This document shows, in pieces, positions 59,980 through 64,000 of a stretch of 64,000 nucleotides of DNA. Origin of the DNA: a bacterium (lineage in GTDB: Bacteria > Patescibacteriota > Minisyncoccia > Phycocordibacterales > UBA6065). Location: positions 167,801-231,800 of the forward strand of contig JAUXUT010000149.1 of assembly GCA_030680695.1 (NCBI GenBank), read 5' to 3'. The position numbers were made by a program, and so were the translations under genes. Under the pieces are notes generated by a model, which searched no databases, had not been told where the DNA came from, and saw only the letters and a program-made list of their open reading frames with translations. Positions within the stretch are counted from its first letter, which is position 1. The number at the start of each line of letters is the position of its first letter.

Positions 59980-60357
59980 ATGCGAATCCTCGGCATACCT
60001 CTCCCAGACGAAAAGCGCATCGACATCGCGCTCACGACCCTTTATGGAGTCGGCCGCTCACGAGCGCTTGCGATAATGAAAGAGGCCAAGGTGGCACTCA
60101 AGAAAGCTAAGGAAGTCACTGCAGACGAAGAGAACGCAATCAAGAAGGCTATGGAGACCTTTAAGATCGAGGGAGACCTTAAACGTCAGGTCGCTGCAAA
60201 CATCAAACGCCTCAAGGACATCAAGGCATACCGCGGAACTCGTCACGCCAAGAATCTTCCTGTGAACGGACAGAGGACCAAGACCAATTCCCGAACTCGC
60301 CGTGGAAATGCCCGAAAGACCATGGGAACCGGTCGCAAGGTGGCTGACAAGAAGTAA
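59980..60357 (+). CDS. rpsM: 30S ribosomal protein S13
   Basis: ALTTLYGVG, YRGTRH, PVNGQRTKTN. Confidence 0.97.
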   Translation: MRILGIPLPDEKRIDIALTTLYGVGRSRALAIMKEAKVALKKAKEVTADEENAIKKAMETFKIEGDLKRQVAANIKRLKDIKAYRGTRHAKNLPVNGQRTKTNSRTRRGNARKTMGTGRKVADKK

Positions 60358-60383
60358 TTTTCCTTTAATAGAACAACATCATC

Positions 60384-60815
60384 ATGGCCAAGACCAAGAA
60401 TCCAGAAGATAAGAAGGCAGAAGCTCCAAAGGAGGTCGTGGCTCCTGCTGCGAAGCTTTCCAAGAAAAGGATTGATTCAGGAATTCTGTATGTACAGTCG
60501 ACCTACAACAACACTCTCTGTCTCGTCACCGATGTAAAAGGCAATGCGGTTGCCGCATCATCGGCTGGCGCTTTGGGATTCAGGGGCGCCAAGAAAGGCA
60601 CGCCGTTCGCAGCTGCTAAGGTTGGCGAAGTCCTCGCAGACAAGGTCAAGCTTATGGGTATGAAGGAAGTCGCCGTTATTATAAAGGGCGTCGGATCGGG
60701 ACGAGAGTCTGCTGTCCGCAGTTTTATAACCAAGGGAATCAATATCACGGGCCTCAAGGACGTGACGCCGGTCCCTCACAACGGCCCTAAGAAGCCTCGC
60801 CCTCGACACGTATAG
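60384..60815 (+). CDS. rpsK: 30S ribosomal protein S11
   Basis: STYNNT, KKGTPFAA, DVTPVPHNG. Confidence 0.97.
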   Translation: MAKTKNPEDKKAEAPKEVVAPAAKLSKKRIDSGILYVQSTYNNTLCLVTDVKGNAVAASSAGALGFRGAKKGTPFAAAKVGEVLADKVKLMGMKEVAVIIKGVGSGRESAVRSFITKGINITGLKDVTPVPHNGPKKPRPRHV

Positions 60816-60836
60816 CTTTATATTTTAATAGAGACC

Positions 60837-61439
60837 ATGAAAATCGGACCAAAATACAAGATAGCGCGCCGTCTCGGAGCAAACATTTTCGAGAAGACGC
60901 AGACCGCCAAGTACGCCCTCCGCGCCGACAGGAAGGTGGGCAAGAGGTCTATGCGACCAAAAGGACAGTTCGCAACTCAGATGCTCGAAAAACAGAAGGC
61001 ACGCCTCACATATTTCGTGAACGAACGACAGTTCAAGAAGTATGTCAAAGAATCTCTTGCTAAAAAGGGCAATACCACCCAGGCTCTCTTCGAGCGCCTC
61101 GAAAGGCGATTGGACAACGTGGTGTACCGCCTTGGCTGGGCTCCGACCCGCCAGGCTGCGCGCCAGATGGTAAATCACGGACACATCACCGTGAACGGCC
61201 GCAAGCTCGACATTCCTTCTTATGTCGTCGAGGCTGGTGACAAGATCACTCCTCGCGCTGGTTCTCTAAAGAAGCCGCTCTTCGCCGATTTCGACGAGAA
61301 AGCCAAGAAAGTCCAGGTGCCTTCATGGCTCTCGTTCGATGCGGACAAGAAGACTGCATCGGTCGACGGTTCGCCGAAGTATGCCCCGTCGGAGCATCTC
61401 TTCAACCTCGGACAGGTGATCGAGTTTTATAGCAGGTAG
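60837..61439 (+). CDS. rpsD: 30S ribosomal protein S4
   Basis: LERRLDNVVYRLG, ARQMVNHGH, IEFYSR. Confidence 0.97.
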   Translation: MKIGPKYKIARRLGANIFEKTQTAKYALRADRKVGKRSMRPKGQFATQMLEKQKARLTYFVNERQFKKYVKESLAKKGNTTQALFERLERRLDNVVYRLGWAPTRQAARQMVNHGHITVNGRKLDIPSYVVEAGDKITPRAGSLKKPLFADFDEKAKKVQVPSWLSFDADKKTASVDGSPKYAPSEHLFNLGQVIEFYSR

Positions 61440-61467
61440 TAATTGATAATCGGGTAATAAAAATCAT

Positions 61468-62427
61468 ATGACCGATACCAACATTGTTCTTCCATCGAAG
61501 CCAAAGATAGTAGTCGAGAAAGGATTTCTCGGCAGCTATGAGATAGACGGCCTCTATCCAGGCTACGGCCACACCCTTGGAAACTCCTTGCGACGCATCA
61601 TTCTGTCGTCCCTTCCAGGCATCGCAGTAACTCACGTCAAAATCGAGGGTGTAGACCACGAGTTTTCAACCATTTCTGGCGTTAAAGAAGACGTCATCAC
61701 CATTCTTCTTAACCTCAAGAGGCTCCGCATCAAGATGACTTCTGACGAGCCACAGACCCTTTCTATCAAGGTAAAGGGTGTTAAAGATATCACTGCAGGC
61801 GACATCACTGTCCCTGGCCAGGTTGAAATCCTCAACCCAGAGCTCCACATCGCATCTGTCACCGACAAAGGCGCTGAATTCAACGCCGACATCACCATTT
61901 CTCGAGGTCTTGGATATGTATCAAAGGATGTTCACCAGAAGGAACGTGTGGACGTTGGCACCATCGCACTTGATGCAACTTTCACCCCTATCCGCCGCGT
62001 GAACTACGAAGTAGAAAACATGCGCGTTGGAGACCGAACAGATTTCAACCGCCTCAAGATCACTATCGAGACCGACGGAACCGTCACCCCACACGAAGCG
62101 CTCGAGCGATCGATTGCTATCATGATTAATCAGCTCAAGGCCATTGTCGGCTTCAAGGAAGAGGAAGTTGTCGCTCCAGCAGCCGCAGAAGAGGTATCTT
62201 CAGCAGCTCCAAAGAAAGAGCTCGACACCGAGTTCCTCAAAACTCGCATCGAAACTCTCGGTCTTTCACAGAGGACCTCAAACGCCCTTGAAGGAGCGAA
62301 CATTCGCACCGTAGGTGGTCTTGCTCGCAAGAAGGAATCCGATCTTGAAACTGTTGAAGGCCTAGGACCTAAGGGCATTCAGGAAATCAAGAAAGCCCTC
62401 TCGGAATTTGGCATTACGCTTAAATAA
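61468..62427 (+). CDS. rpoA: RNA polymerase alpha subunit
   Basis: GYGHTLGNSLRRIILSS, GVKEDV; alpha-CTD present. Confidence 0.98.
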   Translation: MTDTNIVLPSKPKIVVEKGFLGSYEIDGLYPGYGHTLGNSLRRIILSSLPGIAVTHVKIEGVDHEFSTISGVKEDVITILLNLKRLRIKMTSDEPQTLSIKVKGVKDITAGDITVPGQVEILNPELHIASVTDKGAEFNADITISRGLGYVSKDVHQKERVDVGTIALDATFTPIRRVNYEVENMRVGDRTDFNRLKITIETDGTVTPHEALERSIAIMINQLKAIVGFKEEEVVAPAAAEEVSSAAPKKELDTEFLKTRIETLGLSQRTSNALEGANIRTVGGLARKKESDLETVEGLGPKGIQEIKKALSEFGITLK

Positions 62428-62456
62428 TGCTAAGGTAGCTATCCAACGAAACCATC

Positions 62457-62810
62457 ATGCGACATCACGATGCATATAAGAAACTTGGTAGGGAGAAAGG
62501 ACAGCGCGTAGCGTTGGTTCGCTCTCTTGTGCGTTCACTCGTGATTCATGAAGGCATCACGACCACTGAATCGAAGGCTAAGGAACTCAGGAAGTACGTT
62601 GAGCCTATGGTTACCCTCGCAAAGAAGGGGACCCTCGCCGCTCGCCGAACCCTCGTTTCGAGGACCGATGACGCAAAGGTAGCCAAGAAGCTCGTCGAAG
62701 TGCTTGCCCCACAGTACAAGGACCGAAAGGGAGGCTATACTCGTGTTATCAAGCTTCCTCTCAGGAAATCTGATGGCGCCAAGATGGCTCATATTCAGTT
62801 CGTAAAGTAA
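62457..62810 (+). CDS. rplQ: 50S ribosomal protein L17
   Basis: MRH...KLGR, ITTTESKAKE, RKGGYTR. Confidence 0.97.
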   Translation: MRHHDAYKKLGREKGQRVALVRSLVRSLVIHEGITTTESKAKELRKYVEPMVTLAKKGTLAARRTLVSRTDDAKVAKKLVEVLAPQYKDRKGGYTRVIKLPLRKSDGAKMAHIQFVK

Positions 62811-62820
62811 TACGACTATC

Positions 62821-63171
62821 ATGCGAACAACTCACACAATCAACGCAGAGAACAAGAAAATCGGACGCATCGCGAGCGAGGCGGCTAAGATTCTCATGGG
62901 CAAGAATTCTGTTACTTATCAGCCCAACGTCGTTGCAGACGTAGAGGTCCATATCACCAACGCCTCAAAGGCGGACATCACTTCAAAGAAGAAGGATGAG
63001 AAGGTATACACCCGATATTCTGGCTTCCCAGGTGGCCTTATCAGCCAGACCCTCGGTCATATGATTGAAAGGAAGGGTTACAGCGAGGCGTTCCGCGTTG
63101 CCGTCAAGGGAATGCTCCCGAAGAACAAGCTTCAGGACCGCATGCTGAAGAATCTCATTGTCACTGAATAA
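62821..63171 (+). CDS. rplM: 50S ribosomal protein L13
   Basis: GRIASEAAKILMGK, YSGFPGG, AVKGMLPKN. Confidence 0.96.
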   Translation: MRTTHTINAENKKIGRIASEAAKILMGKNSVTYQPNVVADVEVHITNASKADITSKKKDEKVYTRYSGFPGGLISQTLGHMIERKGYSEAFRVAVKGMLPKNKLQDRMLKNLIVTE

Positions 63172-63188
63172 TCAACTTTAATATTATT

Positions 63189-63590
63189 ATGAGCACCACC
63201 GAGAAATATTTTGAAGCGATTGGCCGACGCAAGGAGGCCCGCGCCCGCGCCCGCATCACTCCTGCGGCCAAAATGTCGTACGAGCTCAACGGTAAGTCGC
63301 TTGAGGTATATTTCCCAACGGAAGAACTCCAGCAGATCGCCCAGGCTCCATTCGTTGAGACAAAGCTAGCCCAGAAGTTCAAGGTTACCGGCCAGCTTTC
63401 TGGCGGTGGAATCCACGGCCAGGCCGAGTCTCTTCGACACGCAATCTCCCGTGCTCTTCTCGTTTACGATATCGAACTCCGAAAGAAGCTCAAGAAGCTC
63501 ACATTCCTCAAGCGAGACCCTCGCGCAAAGGAGCGCCGAAAGTTCGGCCTCAAGAAGGCGCGAAAGTCTCCTCAGTGGAGCAAGCGTTAG
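63189..63590 (+). CDS. rpsI: 30S ribosomal protein S9
   Basis: GRRKEA, GGGIHGQA, ERRKFGLKKARKSPQWSKR. Confidence 0.97.
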   Translation: MSTTEKYFEAIGRRKEARARARITPAAKMSYELNGKSLEVYFPTEELQQIAQAPFVETKLAQKFKVTGQLSGGGIHGQAESLRHAISRALLVYDIELRKKLKKLTFLKRDPRAKERRKFGLKKARKSPQWSKR

Positions 63591-63603
63591 TCATACGAGA
63601 AAC

Positions 63604-63667
63604 AGCCGCCGCAAGGCGGTTTTCTCTTTATGTGCAAAGAAAAGCCGCTCCGGTGAGGGAGCGGCTT
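63604..63667. terminator. Back-to-back terminators for rpsI (+) and the convergent ORFan (-)
   Basis: AGCCGCC-GCAA-GGCGGTT plus T-rich tail; AAGCCGCTCC-GGTGAG-GGAGCGGCTT with an A-tract on the left. Confidence 0.8.
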
Positions 63668-63685
63668 GCAATTCAAATTGTTTAT

Positions 63686-64000
63686 TTAGGCTGCGTTGGC
63701 CTGCTCGATGGCTTGGGGAGGCATCTCGAGAAAAGCAGACAGCTCCTTGTAAATCTCCTTGCAGACCGGGGATTTTTTCTTTTGGAGGGCCTCGACCACC
63801 GGTCCGAAATTGATTCTGACGAGTGCCACCACCTTCTCGATGATGACTTCGTCGCTCACGCGGCTTTCGACAATATCCACAAAGCGTTCGGCCGCTTCGG
63901 TTTTGGTGCAAAGGTTTTTCAACAGTTCTACCGGCTCTGTGCCGGTGCGTTTGCACAGGGTCGGGAGCTTGGGGTCGCTCTCGGCCCTCGCAATAAAGTG
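63686..64000 (-). CDS. Hypothetical protein (ORFan), 5' end outside the window
   Basis: Frame stays open to base 64000 (HFIARAESDPKLPTLCKRTG...EQANAA*); terminator downstream. Confidence 0.6.
   Translation of the reverse strand, partial: HFIARAESDPKLPTLCKRTGTEPVELLKNLCTKTEAAERFVDIVESRVSDEVIIEKVVALVRINFGPVVEALQKKKSPVCKEIYKELSAFLEMPPQAIEQANAA

Overview
This 64 kb window reads as core chromosome of a reduced-genome bacterium, most consistent with Patescibacteria/CPR (Parcubacteria-like). That assignment is inferred from a short AlaRS, a truncated UvrC, DUF5671-type and FtsA-like/baseplate-J-like membrane proteins, and scarce Shine-Dalgarno sites. Housekeeping content: nrdJ (partial)-cobO, tgt, uvrB/uvrA/uvrC, alkA, rpoB-rpoC-dnaG-rpoD, fba, dus, ddl, two tRNA-Ala genes, zwf, ychF, leuS, mltG, mnmA, ogt, udg, alaS and infA-rpmJ-rpsMKD-rpoA-rplQ-rplM-rpsI. 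I saw no integrase, transposase, reverse transcriptase or CRISPR array. The most interesting structure lies between the genes. (i) About ten unrelated small ORFans sit as self-contained units, each ending in a GC-rich intrinsic terminator, and several share a C-rich pre-ATG motif (AACATCAACCCC is identical in two). (ii) Two 'empty' units have a near-consensus sigma70 promoter and a terminator only about 50 nt apart, with no ORF. (iii) A ~150-nt highly paired candidate ncRNA is transcribed divergently from rpoB. (iv) Many housekeeping genes appear leaderless. (v) UvrC and the family-4 UDG have both lost their Fe-S ligand cysteines. All product calls come from motif recognition by eye; no database search was run.
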